Source: Candidatus Woesearchaeota archaeon (lineage in GTDB: Archaea > Nanobdellota > Nanobdellia > Woesearchaeales > 0-14-0-80-44-23). From it: DNA of 64,000 bases. Both the position numbers and the translations under genes were made by a program. The DNA lies in contig JAPLZQ010000103.1 in NCBI GenBank assembly GCA_026394965.1, positions 13,028-77,027 of the forward strand, in the 5' to 3' direction. The notes below the pieces were generated by a model. That model was not told where the DNA came from and made no database searches. It saw only the letters and a program-made list of their open reading frames with translations. Of the stretch, positions 28,582 to 38,186 are shown piece by piece (position 1 is the first letter of the stretch; every line of letters starts with the position of its first letter).

Positions 28582-29322
28582 TTATTTCCTCTTCTTTGCC
28601 TTTTTTACCACATGCTTAACAGTGCTTTTTTCAGTTTTCTTATCCTCGCAGAAAACCATTGCAAATGCAGTAATCGATGTTATCCCCGCAGTCATTGAAT
28701 AAATTGAAGAGGACAGCATTTCAAGGAAACCTGTTGCGCTGTAAAAAATCATGGAAAGAAGCACTGAAATAATGGCGCTGTAAATCCCTGTGAAAACTGA
28801 TGTCAGAAAATACTTTGCTGAAAAAGCCCTCCTGAAAACCTCTTTTATCCTGAATGCTTCCCTTATCTTCCAGTCCTTTGCATATTTCAGCCATGCTGAA
28901 GGCATGACATACACTGCAAGAATGAAGAGCACTGCAAAAGCAGCAGAGAGGGGGACTGGAATTAACTTAACCACTTCCCTTATGATTTCAGGAGTCAATC
29001 CTGATGCGTCAACTACTCCTGCAATGTCAAACAGGTATGAAACCTTTGCAATGAATATCGCTGCTGCAGCTGAAAAAACAGCAAGAGCAGGAATCAGGTA
29101 AATTATGGATATAAAAATGGAGCAAAGCCCCCTTATGAAGAGATTTCCCCAGTCAACCCATTCTGGAAGCCCAAGCTTTTTCTTGAGCGAAAGGTTTCCT
29201 GCGGTAAGAACGTAGCCCGAGACAAAAAGGTTCACAATGGGAATGATTCCGAGAAGAATCCCGATTATCAGATTCCTGAAATCTGAAAAAGGGCGCTTAA
29301 TTGCGCTGATATAATCAACCAT
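28582..29322 (-). CDS. hypothetical multi-pass membrane protein with basic C-terminal tail
   Basis: 246 aa with about 6 TM helices and a C-terminal KHVVKKAKKRK. Confidence 0.45.
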   Translation of the reverse strand: MVDYISAIKRPFSDFRNLIIGILLGIIPIVNLFVSGYVLTAGNLSLKKKLGLPEWVDWGNLFIRGLCSIFISIIYLIPALAVFSAAAAIFIAKVSYLFDIAGVVDASGLTPEIIREVVKLIPVPLSAAFAVLFILAVYVMPSAWLKYAKDWKIREAFRIKEVFRRAFSAKYFLTSVFTGIYSAIISVLLSMIFYSATGFLEMLSSSIYSMTAGITSITAFAMVFCEDKKTEKSTVKHVVKKAKKRK

Positions 29323-29533
29323 TCAAAACCACCTCTTTAATTTTATGACATCCCGAAAACGGACATTCTGATTTCAATCATTTATTGATTAAAAATCTTT
29401 TGATTCTGCGCATCCCAAAGTTTCATCAAACGGGAATATAAGTATTTTTTTAAGTATAAAAATAATAAAATAGAAAAGTATTTAAATAAGCATTAATATA
29501 AGTATATTTGGCCGAATAAAACCGAATCAGAAA

Positions 29534-29707
29534 ATGAGAGAACTCACAAGAAAACTTTACAGGAGGGGAAGCAGCTACGAGACAACTATTCCAATGCCTC
29601 TCCTATTTTCACTTGAGCAGAACAGGAAGTATGAGGTTGTGTTCTCATTGGAAAAAAACAGGTGGTTCATAGATTTCCGCGAAAGGAGGGAAAAGGGACG
29701 GAAATAA
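29534..29707 (+). CDS. small AbrB/SpoVT-like (swapped-hairpin) DNA-binding protein
   Basis: 57 aa MRELTRKLYRRGSSYETTIPMPLLFSLEQNRKYEVVFSLEKNRWFIDFRERREKGRK. The RRGSSYETTIP segment resembles the AbrB/MazE GSSxxVxIP motif. Below the ORF-track cutoff. Confidence 0.35.
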   Translation: MRELTRKLYRRGSSYETTIPMPLLFSLEQNRKYEVVFSLEKNRWFIDFRERREKGRK

Positions 29708-29771
29708 CCGGAAAAAATTCACGATTAAAAAAAGAGGTGGTGGAGATAACAGAAGGAGAAGAGGTGAATAA

Positions 29772-30089
29772 ATGGAAAGGAAGCTTACAAGGATAATGGA
29801 GGATATTTCCTACGAAGACCTCTACAAGATGAAAAATGACCTCGAGAGCGGGGGAGACCACCTTAAAAGGCTTGTAGAAAAGAAGATAAAAGAGGTTGAA
29901 AGCCAGGAAGTGAAAACATGCGCGACATGCGGGAATCCTGTGAACCTTATAACAAATAAGTATTACAGCATAATCTTTGGACCCCCTGACTTAAGGAAAA
30001 AGGCGTATTTCTGCGCTCTGGACTGCCTGGACTATTTCATTCAGAGGCTGAAAGAAGTGGAATCAAAGAAGATAAAACTGATGCAATGA
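29772..30089 (+). CDS. hypothetical protein with putative C4 zinc-binding site
   Basis: 105 aa. CATCG...CALDC pairs. Confidence 0.35.
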   Translation: MERKLTRIMEDISYEDLYKMKNDLESGGDHLKRLVEKKIKEVESQEVKTCATCGNPVNLITNKYYSIIFGPPDLRKKAYFCALDCLDYFIQRLKEVESKKIKLMQ

Positions 30090-30215
30090 ACAATGCAATT
30101 ATTAAAAAAATCCTGCGCCCAAGCAGTGCGCAGGTGAAATACGCTTTTATTTTAATCAAAAAAAACATTTTGAAAAAAACAAAGGTTTAAAAGAAGCCTG
30201 ATTTTCGCAAGAAAG

Positions 30216-31013
30216 ATGAGAGAAAAAAATGATGAAAAGGGAAAAGTGAAGATTTCTGAAGAGGAAAATAAAAAACATTCCCCTTTGGATGAGCCAAGTG
30301 CAGAATCATCTGATGAGATTGATGAGGATGAATTTTCTGCAGAGATAGACTCAGTCAGCCCTATGAAGCACTCAAAAAGGGCGGATGAGGAGCTTTTTTC
30401 ATACACAATAAAAGTGCCTGGCGACAGGATAGCCGCAGTAATCGGGAAGGGCGGAGAAACCAAAAGAGAGATTGAGGCTGAAACCGGCTGCATCCTGGAC
30501 ATTGACAGCCATGAAAATGAGATTGAAATCTTCAGCAAGGACTCAATAAAACTATACACTGCCAAGGAAGTGATAAGGGCAATAAGCCGCGGCTTCAACC
30601 CGAAGATTGCAGTCCAGATGCTCAAGTCAGACTACACTTTTGAAGTGATAGAGCTGAGGCATGTGATAAGCTCTGTTTCCCAGATGAAAAGGCTGAAAGG
30701 CAGGGTTATTGGAGAAGGCGGAAAGGCAAGGAAGACAATAGAAGACCTGACTGACACAAACATAAGCGTCTACGGAAAGACAATAGGCGTAATAGGCGAG
30801 GCATCAAGGGTTGCGATAGCAAGAAAGGCAATAGAGTTGCTCCTCAAGGGAAGCGCCCACCACTCAGTATACACATGGCTTGAAAGGAAGAGGAGAGAAC
30901 TAAGGGATGATGAGTTCAAAAGTGAATTCGGCGCAACAGACGAGAAGGAAATAGCCGAGAAAAAAACAGGCGCGAAAAAGGATGAGGCTTCTAAAGAGGA
31001 TTTTCCAAAATAA
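30216..31013 (+). CDS. KH-domain RNA-binding protein (archaeal Dim2/Pno1-like, two KH domains) with acidic N-terminus
   Basis: Two KH signatures, IGKGGETKREIEAETG and IGEGGKARKTIEDLTD, with the second KH followed by a VIGEASRVAIARKAIELLL helix. 265 aa. Confidence 0.65.
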   Translation: MREKNDEKGKVKISEEENKKHSPLDEPSAESSDEIDEDEFSAEIDSVSPMKHSKRADEELFSYTIKVPGDRIAAVIGKGGETKREIEAETGCILDIDSHENEIEIFSKDSIKLYTAKEVIRAISRGFNPKIAVQMLKSDYTFEVIELRHVISSVSQMKRLKGRVIGEGGKARKTIEDLTDTNISVYGKTIGVIGEASRVAIARKAIELLLKGSAHHSVYTWLERKRRELRDDEFKSEFGATDEKEIAEKKTGAKKDEASKEDFPK

Positions 31014-31102
31014 AGCAATTGCTTTAATCTCATAAAAACCATTCAATTTTTTAAAAAAGCATATGCTGAAGAAAAGATAAGCTTATAAGAAAGACATTAA
31101 AA

Positions 31103-32920
31103 TTGCAGGAAGGCAAAATGGCAGAGAAAGAAAAAGCGGAGAAAAAGCCCGAAGGCAAAATCACCGACTACATTGAGAAAAAGCAGGAAAAGAAAACAGA
31201 GGAGAAAGAGCATAAAAAAGAGATTGAAGAGAGTAAGAATAATGGTTCAGATAATGTAATCGCGTTTGAGCTTGCAAAAAAGCAGCAGGAAATCTCAGTT
31301 GCGGAATTCTTTGAGAAAAACAGGCACCTTCTCGGCTTTGACAACAAGAGGAAGGCACTCCTCACTGCAATAAAAGAGGCAGTGGACAACTCGCTTGACG
31401 CCTGCGAGGAGGCAAGAATACTTCCCGAGCTCCTTGTTGAGATTGTGGAAATGGGGGAGGAAAAATTCAGGGTGTCAGTTGCAGACAACGGACCTGGAAT
31501 AGTTAGAGAGCAGATTCCAAACATATTCGCAAAGCTTCTCTATGGAAGCAAGTTCCACACGCTGAAGCAGGCGAGGGGGCAGCAGGGGATAGGGATATCT
31601 GCTGCAGCGCTCTACGGACAGCTGACAACAGGGAAGCCGATAAGGATAATCTCAAAAATTTCCCCAAAGCATCCTGCATACTACTACGAGCTTCACATTG
31701 ACACGAAAAACAACAAGCCGGAAATCCTGAAGCAGGAAGAGCGGGAATGGGATATTGAGCATGGCACAAGAATAGAAATAGACCTTGAGGCAATTTACCA
31801 GAAGGGCGACCAGTCAGTTGACGAGTATCTCAAGCAGACAGCAATCATAAATCCGCACGCGACAATAACCTACACAAACCCCAAGGCAGAACAGTTCATA
31901 TTCGCAAGGGTGTCAAAAGAGCTTCCTGCTGAAGCAAAGGAGATAAAGCCCCACCCATACGGAGTGGAGCTCGGGCTTCTCCTGAAAATGCTGAAGAGCG
32001 CAGAGGAAAGGACGCTGCAAAGCTTCCTGACAAGCCAATTCTCAAGAGTAGGCGCTGGAACTGCAAAAGAGATATGCGAAAAGGCAGCAATGCTTCCAAA
32101 TTCAAAGCCCCATGAGATAGACCGGAACCAGGGAGAAAAGCTGATTGATGCGATAAGGAACACAAGGATAATAGCACCCTCTCCGGACTGCCTTTCACCT
32201 ATAGGCGCACAGAATCTTGAGAACGGGCTCCGAAAGGAGATTAATGCTGAATTCTACACTTCAACTGCAAGACCGCCATCTGTCTACAGGGGAAACCCGT
32301 TTGTGATAGAATGCGCAATCGCATACGGCGGGCAGATTCCGGGAGACAAGCAGGCGACAATTCTCAGGTTTGCAAACAGGGTTCCCCTGCTTTACCAGCA
32401 GGGAGCCTGCGCAGCAACAAAATCAATAACAGCCACAAACTGGAAATCATACGGGCTATCCCAGAGCAACGGGGCAGTGCCTGTAGGACCATGCGTGATA
32501 GCAATACACCTTGCATCTGTATGGGCTCCGTTTACAAGCGAGGCAAAAGAGGCAATAGCCCACTACCCTGAAATAATCAGGGAGATGAAGCTTGCCCTCC
32601 AGGAATGCGGGAGAGAACTTACAAAATACATACACAAGAAATACAGGGTAAATGATGCGATAAAGAAAAAGTCCTACATTGAGAAATACCTTCCTCACAT
32701 AGCACTAGCGTTAAAAGAGCTTCTCGGGCTCACTGAAACCGAGGAGAAAAAACTCCAGGCGGCAATAAAGGAGCTCCTTGAAAAGACAAGGCAGATTGAA
32801 AGCATTTCAGATGAAGGCTCTGAGGAAGAGGACAACGGAAGGGAGAAATTCGGGATAAAAGGGAATGTTGAGGAAGAGCTTGAGAATGCCGAGGACAGCG
32901 ATGATGAGGGCAGTGAGTAA
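31103..32920 (+). CDS. top6B: DNA topoisomerase VI subunit B (GHKL ATPase)
   Basis: Bergerat-fold motifs ELVDNSLDA-like (EAVDNSLDACEE), VADNGPGI, and GQQGIGISAA. A transducer domain and acidic tail follow. 605 aa. Confidence 0.9.
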   Translation: MQEGKMAEKEKAEKKPEGKITDYIEKKQEKKTEEKEHKKEIEESKNNGSDNVIAFELAKKQQEISVAEFFEKNRHLLGFDNKRKALLTAIKEAVDNSLDACEEARILPELLVEIVEMGEEKFRVSVADNGPGIVREQIPNIFAKLLYGSKFHTLKQARGQQGIGISAAALYGQLTTGKPIRIISKISPKHPAYYYELHIDTKNNKPEILKQEEREWDIEHGTRIEIDLEAIYQKGDQSVDEYLKQTAIINPHATITYTNPKAEQFIFARVSKELPAEAKEIKPHPYGVELGLLLKMLKSAEERTLQSFLTSQFSRVGAGTAKEICEKAAMLPNSKPHEIDRNQGEKLIDAIRNTRIIAPSPDCLSPIGAQNLENGLRKEINAEFYTSTARPPSVYRGNPFVIECAIAYGGQIPGDKQATILRFANRVPLLYQQGACAATKSITATNWKSYGLSQSNGAVPVGPCVIAIHLASVWAPFTSEAKEAIAHYPEIIREMKLALQECGRELTKYIHKKYRVNDAIKKKSYIEKYLPHIALALKELLGLTETEEKKLQAAIKELLEKTRQIESISDEGSEEEDNGREKFGIKGNVEEELENAEDSDDEGSE

Positions 32921-32931
32921 GGAGCGGAAAA

Positions 32932-34017
32932 ATGAAAGATGAAATGATAAAAAGAATAAAGGAGCTCTCAAGGAATCTGTATGAGAGCATAATTCAGCAG
33001 AAGAAGCCCCAGCTTTCAATGCCTGTTCGCTCGCTATCAAACGTGGATTTTGACAAGGCAAAGGGATATTTTGAGATAGGAAATGAGAAGAAGACAAGGA
33101 CTCTTACTGTAAACACATCAAAGACATTCGCTCAGACATTAAGAATGTTGTCGCTCTCAAAAAGCCTTATTGAAACAGATGACATTGCAACAAAGAGAGA
33201 GGCATACTATGTGTCAAAGAACTGGGGCGAGGCAAGGTTCCTTGAGCAGCCGGAATCAGACATGGTAATGGATGACATTGAAGCAATGTTCATGGTTAAT
33301 AGGGAGCAGATAGGGTTCATTCCTGAGGAAAAGGGGGGCGATGTCTCAGGAGAACTTATTGTAGTGGATAAAGACCCCGAAACAGGAAAGGAGATAAAAA
33401 TTGACTGCACCAAGATGGGAACAGGCGCATACTCAATCCCGAGCAGCGTCGAGCACCTGCAGTTCGAGACAACGGCAAATTTCATACTTGCAATAGAGAC
33501 AGCTGGAATGTACCAGAGGCTTGTAAAGCATGCCTATTTCAGGAAATCAAAATCAATACTGATATCGCTTGGGGGAGTCCCGACAAGGGCATGCAGGCGG
33601 TTCATAAGAAGGCTTTCTGATGAAAAAGACATTCCAGTCTATGTGTTCACAGACGGAGACCCATACGGATACCTGAACATCTACAGGACTCTTAAGGTGG
33701 GAAGCGGAAATGCAGCCCACATCAACAAGTTCTTCTGCGTCCCAAAGGCAAAATACATGGGAATCACCCCGGGAGACATAAACGATTACAAGCTTCCAAC
33801 CCATCCCCTCAAGGAAGTGGACATAAAAAGGGTTAAGGACGGATTCAAGAACGACCCGTTTGTCAAGGCATACCCTGAATGGCAGAAGGCCCTAAACCAA
33901 ATGGTTGAGATGAAAAAGAGGGCTGAGCAGCAGGCGCTTGCACAGCACGGGCTCAACTTTGTGATTACTGACTACCTTCCGCAAAAGCTGGAAAACCAGA
34001 AAACATGGCTTCCTTAA
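32932..34017 (+). CDS. top6A: DNA topoisomerase VI subunit A (Spo11-like)
   Basis: Winged-helix with catalytic Tyr region (EAYYVSKNW), toprim acidic motif YVFTDGDPYGY. Immediately downstream of top6B. 361 aa. Confidence 0.9.
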   Translation: MKDEMIKRIKELSRNLYESIIQQKKPQLSMPVRSLSNVDFDKAKGYFEIGNEKKTRTLTVNTSKTFAQTLRMLSLSKSLIETDDIATKREAYYVSKNWGEARFLEQPESDMVMDDIEAMFMVNREQIGFIPEEKGGDVSGELIVVDKDPETGKEIKIDCTKMGTGAYSIPSSVEHLQFETTANFILAIETAGMYQRLVKHAYFRKSKSILISLGGVPTRACRRFIRRLSDEKDIPVYVFTDGDPYGYLNIYRTLKVGSGNAAHINKFFCVPKAKYMGITPGDINDYKLPTHPLKEVDIKRVKDGFKNDPFVKAYPEWQKALNQMVEMKKRAEQQALAQHGLNFVITDYLPQKLENQKTWLP

Positions 34018-34084
34018 AATTTCCTAATAATAATAAAAAAAATTTATAAAGCAGCAAGAAAATAAATTTATAAAGTTTAACGAA

Positions 34085-34531
34085 TTGTACAAAGATATGA
34101 GAAGTTTCAACAACTTGTTTAAGAAAAAAGTTATTGAAGAAAATAAAAACAACAGAGTTATTCCTTCTGGTATCACTTTTAAAATTATAGTAAATCCGTC
34201 GTTAAGTGAGGATCATCAAAAAGCGTTAAGATATGTTATCATCAAAAATTCTGGGTTAGATCAATATTTTAAAAATATTGATGTGACTTTTTATGATAGC
34301 TATAATGGGAATAATGTGAGCAATGATAAACTTAAGGGAAAACAAATGCTGGTTAAAGTTTTTTGCCCAGAACCCATTGTGAGTATAGAAAAAGATAAAG
34401 AAGACGAGTTCTATAAACAGCTAAAATCTAAAGTTACAGAATATATAATAAAAGCTATTCAAAAAAACACTGAAAAAAAATATAAAGCTAATTTAGAAGA
34501 ATTTCTATTTACATACAGATTAGAATTTTAA
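34085..34531 (+). CDS. hypothetical protein encoded in an AT-rich, compositionally atypical segment
   Basis: 148 aa. Strong AAT/TTA/AAA codon bias unlike the flanking genes, and no recognisable motif. Confidence 0.35.
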   Translation: MYKDMRSFNNLFKKKVIEENKNNRVIPSGITFKIIVNPSLSEDHQKALRYVIIKNSGLDQYFKNIDVTFYDSYNGNNVSNDKLKGKQMLVKVFCPEPIVSIEKDKEDEFYKQLKSKVTEYIIKAIQKNTEKKYKANLEEFLFTYRLEF

Positions 34532-34753
34532 ATACTTTATTTCTTAAAAAGTAATCTATAAAATAAAGAGGAGATAAACTAAATTTATTTTTCTGCGAGC
34601 TTGACCAATTCTGCGTAGAATCCCATTGAAGAGAAATACACTGCTGAAATAACAAAGCTGAGCGCGAAGTAAACAAATGAAAGATCAGAGCCTTCATCTG
34701 TTTTTAAAACAGAGGGGTTTTTGAAACACTTTACTCCGCAATTGGCGCATGCA

Positions 34754-34840
34754 GTGATTGAATCAATGTTGGGGCATGCAGCAATTGAATCAATGCTTTT
34801 TGGCATCTGGCCCTTCACTTCAGAAATTGAATCAATGCTT
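34754..34840. repeat. tandem array of three about 27 bp degenerate repeats, each centred on the palindrome ATTGAATCAAT
   Basis: Palindrome cores at 34757-34767, 34784-34794 and 34826-34836. The longer units GCATGCAG(T/C)(G/A)ATTGAATCAATG(C)TT(TTT)GG are repeated. They overlap weak ORFs on both strands (34585-34977 minus, 34721-34924 plus). Confidence 0.5.
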
Positions 34841-35325
34841 TTTGACGCACTGCCTTCCTGCCAAGAAATTCCAAGAGTCATAATTGAAGCAGCAGTGCGT
34901 GGAGAGATTTCATACTGCGGGTAAGTGTTCAGCCAGTCATGCTCTCTGTTTTCATTTCCCCATCTCATTTTTATCACTCGAAAAATTCTTTTAGATTTTT
35001 TCAGATACCCTAACTCCCTCGCTCTGATTTTGCAGGCATAGCCAGATTAAATAGAGAAGGATATTTTAATTTATCGGGAAAAAATAAAAAACGGCTTGGA
35101 AAAGAGAGAATTATCATAAAAATCCGCATAAACTTCAAAGTCCAAAGAATTACTGCATGGACTCGTTTTGAAAATATCCTGCCAATTTAAAAGCTATGAG
35201 GGATTAGTTACCATTATTTGATAGTGAAAAAACCGAAATATTTATAAACCCTTTCTGAATTGTTATCACTGCCAGTCAATAATAAACCGGCAATAATCTC
35301 ATTTAAAAGGATTGGGGGTAATAAC

Positions 35326-36837
35326 ATGTTAGGCATCGGACAGAAGGCGCAGGCAAGTAATTACCAGCAGCAGATAAGGGATATGGTTTCTTACATAAAT
35401 CAGCATTTCATAGCAGAGGCTCCAAAAGACATATACCTCAATGAATCGCAGGAGGGTATAGGCGGGCACACAAAAGGAGCCCTTCTTAAAGAGGCAATAG
35501 AGAGCGCAAAAAGCAAAAAGCCGATTTCAGAAAATATCCTTCCCATCACAACCACAATGCTTGCATTAAACTCTTGCATCGGAAACAACACCCTCATTTC
35601 AGGAGATGTTGGGACAGGAAAGACAAGGCTCGCAAGCGTAATAGGCTCAATGGTTTACCAAATCCCAGTTGAGATTTTTGACTGGAGAAAAATTGTCGGA
35701 AGCCCGGGAGCAACAGTCAATGACATTTATGCAACTCACGACATCGCTGAACTAAACAAGGGAATAGACATGGCATTTCTTTATCTCCCATTCCATATGC
35801 CTTACCTTATCATAGATGAACTCAACAGGTTCTCTGAACTTGAGCAGAACAGGATAAGAGAGGGCGTTGCAAATGATGTGTGGAACTATGCAAACCACTC
35901 ATGGAAGATAGACAAACAGGTTGTTGTATCAGCAATGAACCCCGATGTTTACGGAGGCACATTCTCCCTCAATGAAAATCTTGTGGACAACTACTCAATT
36001 CTCCTTTGGCCGCCAACATACAATCCAATAGCGCACCAGCATCTTGTAGAGCACGCCGATGAGAAGATAAAAGAGGGGCTGGGGCTTGAAGACAAGGTGG
36101 GCGAGTTTTTTGAATTCTACAAATCCCACAAGAACGATGCAAAAGCAATCAAAGATAAGATATCAGATCTTCAGCAGGCAACTGTCCAGGAATATGAAAG
36201 AAGGAAAATCCCGATAATCAAGAACGGATTTGTGTCAGAGATAAAAAAAGAGATTTCGGAAATAAGGTTTGCAGACGAGCCTCTTCTCTTCTTCTATTCA
36301 ACGCTTTCTGAGATATCCCAAAGCACAAAGTTCGGGGAAAACCGGTTTGAGGATCCAAGGTCAGATGACGAGCATGACAAGAGATACCTCTCAACAAAAG
36401 TGCTTAGGGGGCTTGCAGGAAGGTTCATGAAGGACTGGGAAATGATGTCAAAGGGGCTTGCATGGTACCTTGGAAGGGACAGAGTTACAGTTGAGGATGT
36501 GAAAACAGCATTTGTATTCACATCAGCAGCAAGGATAAACCCTGAAGAAAGATTCAAGCAGAAGGTATGGAACAGCCAAAGAAGCCTCCCCATAAGGCAC
36601 GCTATTGCAAAGCAGGTTATTGATGACTCATTCAAAAACTACACTGATTACACAAGCGCAGACAAGTCATTTGAGCATGTCAGAAAGGCAATACTCATGA
36701 TAACTGAGAATGAGCTTAATGCAGAAACAATCTCTGAAGCAAGAAAAGACCTGGAAATGAGCGACCATCCTGTTGCAAGGACAATTGAAGAAGCTCTCCT
36801 TTGCATGCAATATGAAAGCATGCAGAACAGAAAGTAA
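35326..36837 (+). CDS. MoxR-family AAA+ ATPase with a C-terminal extension of about 250 aa
   Basis: Walker A GDVGTGKT, Walker B LIIDELNRF (the MoxR-type DE(I/L)NR), sensor-1 VVSAMNP, and an ENLVDNYS segment in the position of the MoxR LDRF box. The likely start is the ATG at 35326, preceded by GGGGG. The ORF track starts at 35260. Confidence 0.7.
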   Translation: MLGIGQKAQASNYQQQIRDMVSYINQHFIAEAPKDIYLNESQEGIGGHTKGALLKEAIESAKSKKPISENILPITTTMLALNSCIGNNTLISGDVGTGKTRLASVIGSMVYQIPVEIFDWRKIVGSPGATVNDIYATHDIAELNKGIDMAFLYLPFHMPYLIIDELNRFSELEQNRIREGVANDVWNYANHSWKIDKQVVVSAMNPDVYGGTFSLNENLVDNYSILLWPPTYNPIAHQHLVEHADEKIKEGLGLEDKVGEFFEFYKSHKNDAKAIKDKISDLQQATVQEYERRKIPIIKNGFVSEIKKEISEIRFADEPLLFFYSTLSEISQSTKFGENRFEDPRSDDEHDKRYLSTKVLRGLAGRFMKDWEMMSKGLAWYLGRDRVTVEDVKTAFVFTSAARINPEERFKQKVWNSQRSLPIRHAIAKQVIDDSFKNYTDYTSADKSFEHVRKAILMITENELNAETISEARKDLEMSDHPVARTIEEALLCMQYESMQNRK

Positions 36838-36866
36838 GCGAATCACTTGGCTTGAGAATAAAAAAA

Positions 36867-38171
36867 ATGACTCTTTTTGACATGTCTGGAATAGAGAAAA
36901 GGGAAACAAAGGAAAACTCTCACGGATTAGAGGCGCTCCTCAATGCAGGAGACGCATTCTTCAATGAATTCGGGAGGTTATCCTGGAAAGAAATGATTGA
37001 CTTAATGAAAAAAAACAGAAATTATGCCAAAGAGTTCATAAAAGAAAAACTTAATGGGACAGAGTATTCTACAGAAGACATAGAGGACTATGTTATCATA
37101 AAAAGCGCAGAAGGAACAAGGAATTCAAGCTCCCTAAATTCAAATGTTCTTGGTGAATACTCGGGAAAAATTCTCAGCCTTCTCACAGAGGAAAATTCAA
37201 GTAAAGGAAAAAAAACAGTGATAAAAATTGACGGAAAAGGCGGGACTTTTGACCGTCTTTTTTACGGCGCAGAATTCTTTGATGAAGTATACATCTCAAA
37301 CATGAATGGAGAGGGAATATGCTCATCAATGGCGAACGGCAACATCCTTGCCCTAAACAACTGCAACGGGGGTAATACTGCAACATTCATCGGCGCAGGA
37401 AGCAACGGAGGCGTTAAGGCAGCAATACTGAACAATGCAAATAGCACGCACAATCTATTTTACGATGCTGCGTTTATAAACGGGCACATAGGGCTTGCCA
37501 TGCTCAACAACTCAACAGACAGTTACCATATAGAAATGGCCCTTTCTCTGATATACCCGGGAATAGAGCGGCTTGTAATACGAAACAAATTCAATCCCGA
37601 AAAATTCCAATTTGAAGATTTGCCTGTTGAGGATGGAAATGAAAATAAAGATTTCAAATTTTATGCTGATGAATATGCATTTGGAATAGAAAACGATTCA
37701 GAGATAATGGTTGCAAACAACGTCAGAAATAAAAGAGAATATGGCGGGCATCTATTCGGAAGGATGATTGAGCCAAACACTGAACTGCAGGAATTCCTGA
37801 AAAAAAACGGGATTGACAGAATGGCTGAGCTTTCAGACAAAATGGTGGATGCGGACTTAGACACTATTCAGGAAAATGCCAGAATGATTTACCATATTCA
37901 CAACGAAACTGCAACAAAAGAAATGCTCGAAGGAAGAGACAGATATTATCATACAATAAGACTTTTTGAAGAAATTGTTCCTGATGTTCTTGAAGAAATC
38001 CCCAGAAAACCAAAAGATGATTCAAATAATTATCCAAATCAGGAAAAAATCTATGAAAACGCCGGAGAAAAGATACAGAAGAAGGCAAGCAGGTGGATTA
38101 AAAACACATGGTATGACATAAGAGAAATATTTTTCATAAATCAGATAATGGACAAGATAAGGGGCAGATGA
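36867..38171 (+). CDS. paralog 1 of tandem GIEKREKKE-motif / Gly-Asn periodic-repeat family
   Basis: N-terminal MTLFDMSGIEKRETKE. Core KKTVIKIDGKGGTFDRLFYGAEFFDEVYISNMNGEGICSSMANGNILALNNCNGGNTATFIGAGSNGGVKAAILNNANS, then the C-terminal helix ELQEFLKKNGIDRMAELSDKMVDADLDTIQENARMIYHIHNE. The ORF track starts at a TTG at 36852. Confidence 0.6.
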   Translation: MTLFDMSGIEKRETKENSHGLEALLNAGDAFFNEFGRLSWKEMIDLMKKNRNYAKEFIKEKLNGTEYSTEDIEDYVIIKSAEGTRNSSSLNSNVLGEYSGKILSLLTEENSSKGKKTVIKIDGKGGTFDRLFYGAEFFDEVYISNMNGEGICSSMANGNILALNNCNGGNTATFIGAGSNGGVKAAILNNANSTHNLFYDAAFINGHIGLAMLNNSTDSYHIEMALSLIYPGIERLVIRNKFNPEKFQFEDLPVEDGNENKDFKFYADEYAFGIENDSEIMVANNVRNKREYGGHLFGRMIEPNTELQEFLKKNGIDRMAELSDKMVDADLDTIQENARMIYHIHNETATKEMLEGRDRYYHTIRLFEEIVPDVLEEIPRKPKDDSNNYPNQEKIYENAGEKIQKKASRWIKNTWYDIREIFFINQIMDKIRGR

Positions 38172-38186
38172 AATTCGGTGAAAAAA

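Noticed and set aside
34754-34840. Possible CRISPR array, considered because of repeated ATTGAATCAAT-containing units
   Set aside because: Only three copies, irregular spacing (27 and 42 bp), a palindromic core, and no cas genes nearby. It is more consistent with an operator or tandem-repeat region.
35260-35325. Upstream in-frame start of the MoxR gene at 35260 (ORF track)
   Set aside because: The first 22 codons (MLSLPVNNKPAIISFKRIGGNN) lack any ATPase feature and overlap the putative promoter. The ATG at 35326 is preceded by a GGGGG ribosome-binding-like run, so the later start is preferred, with low certainty.
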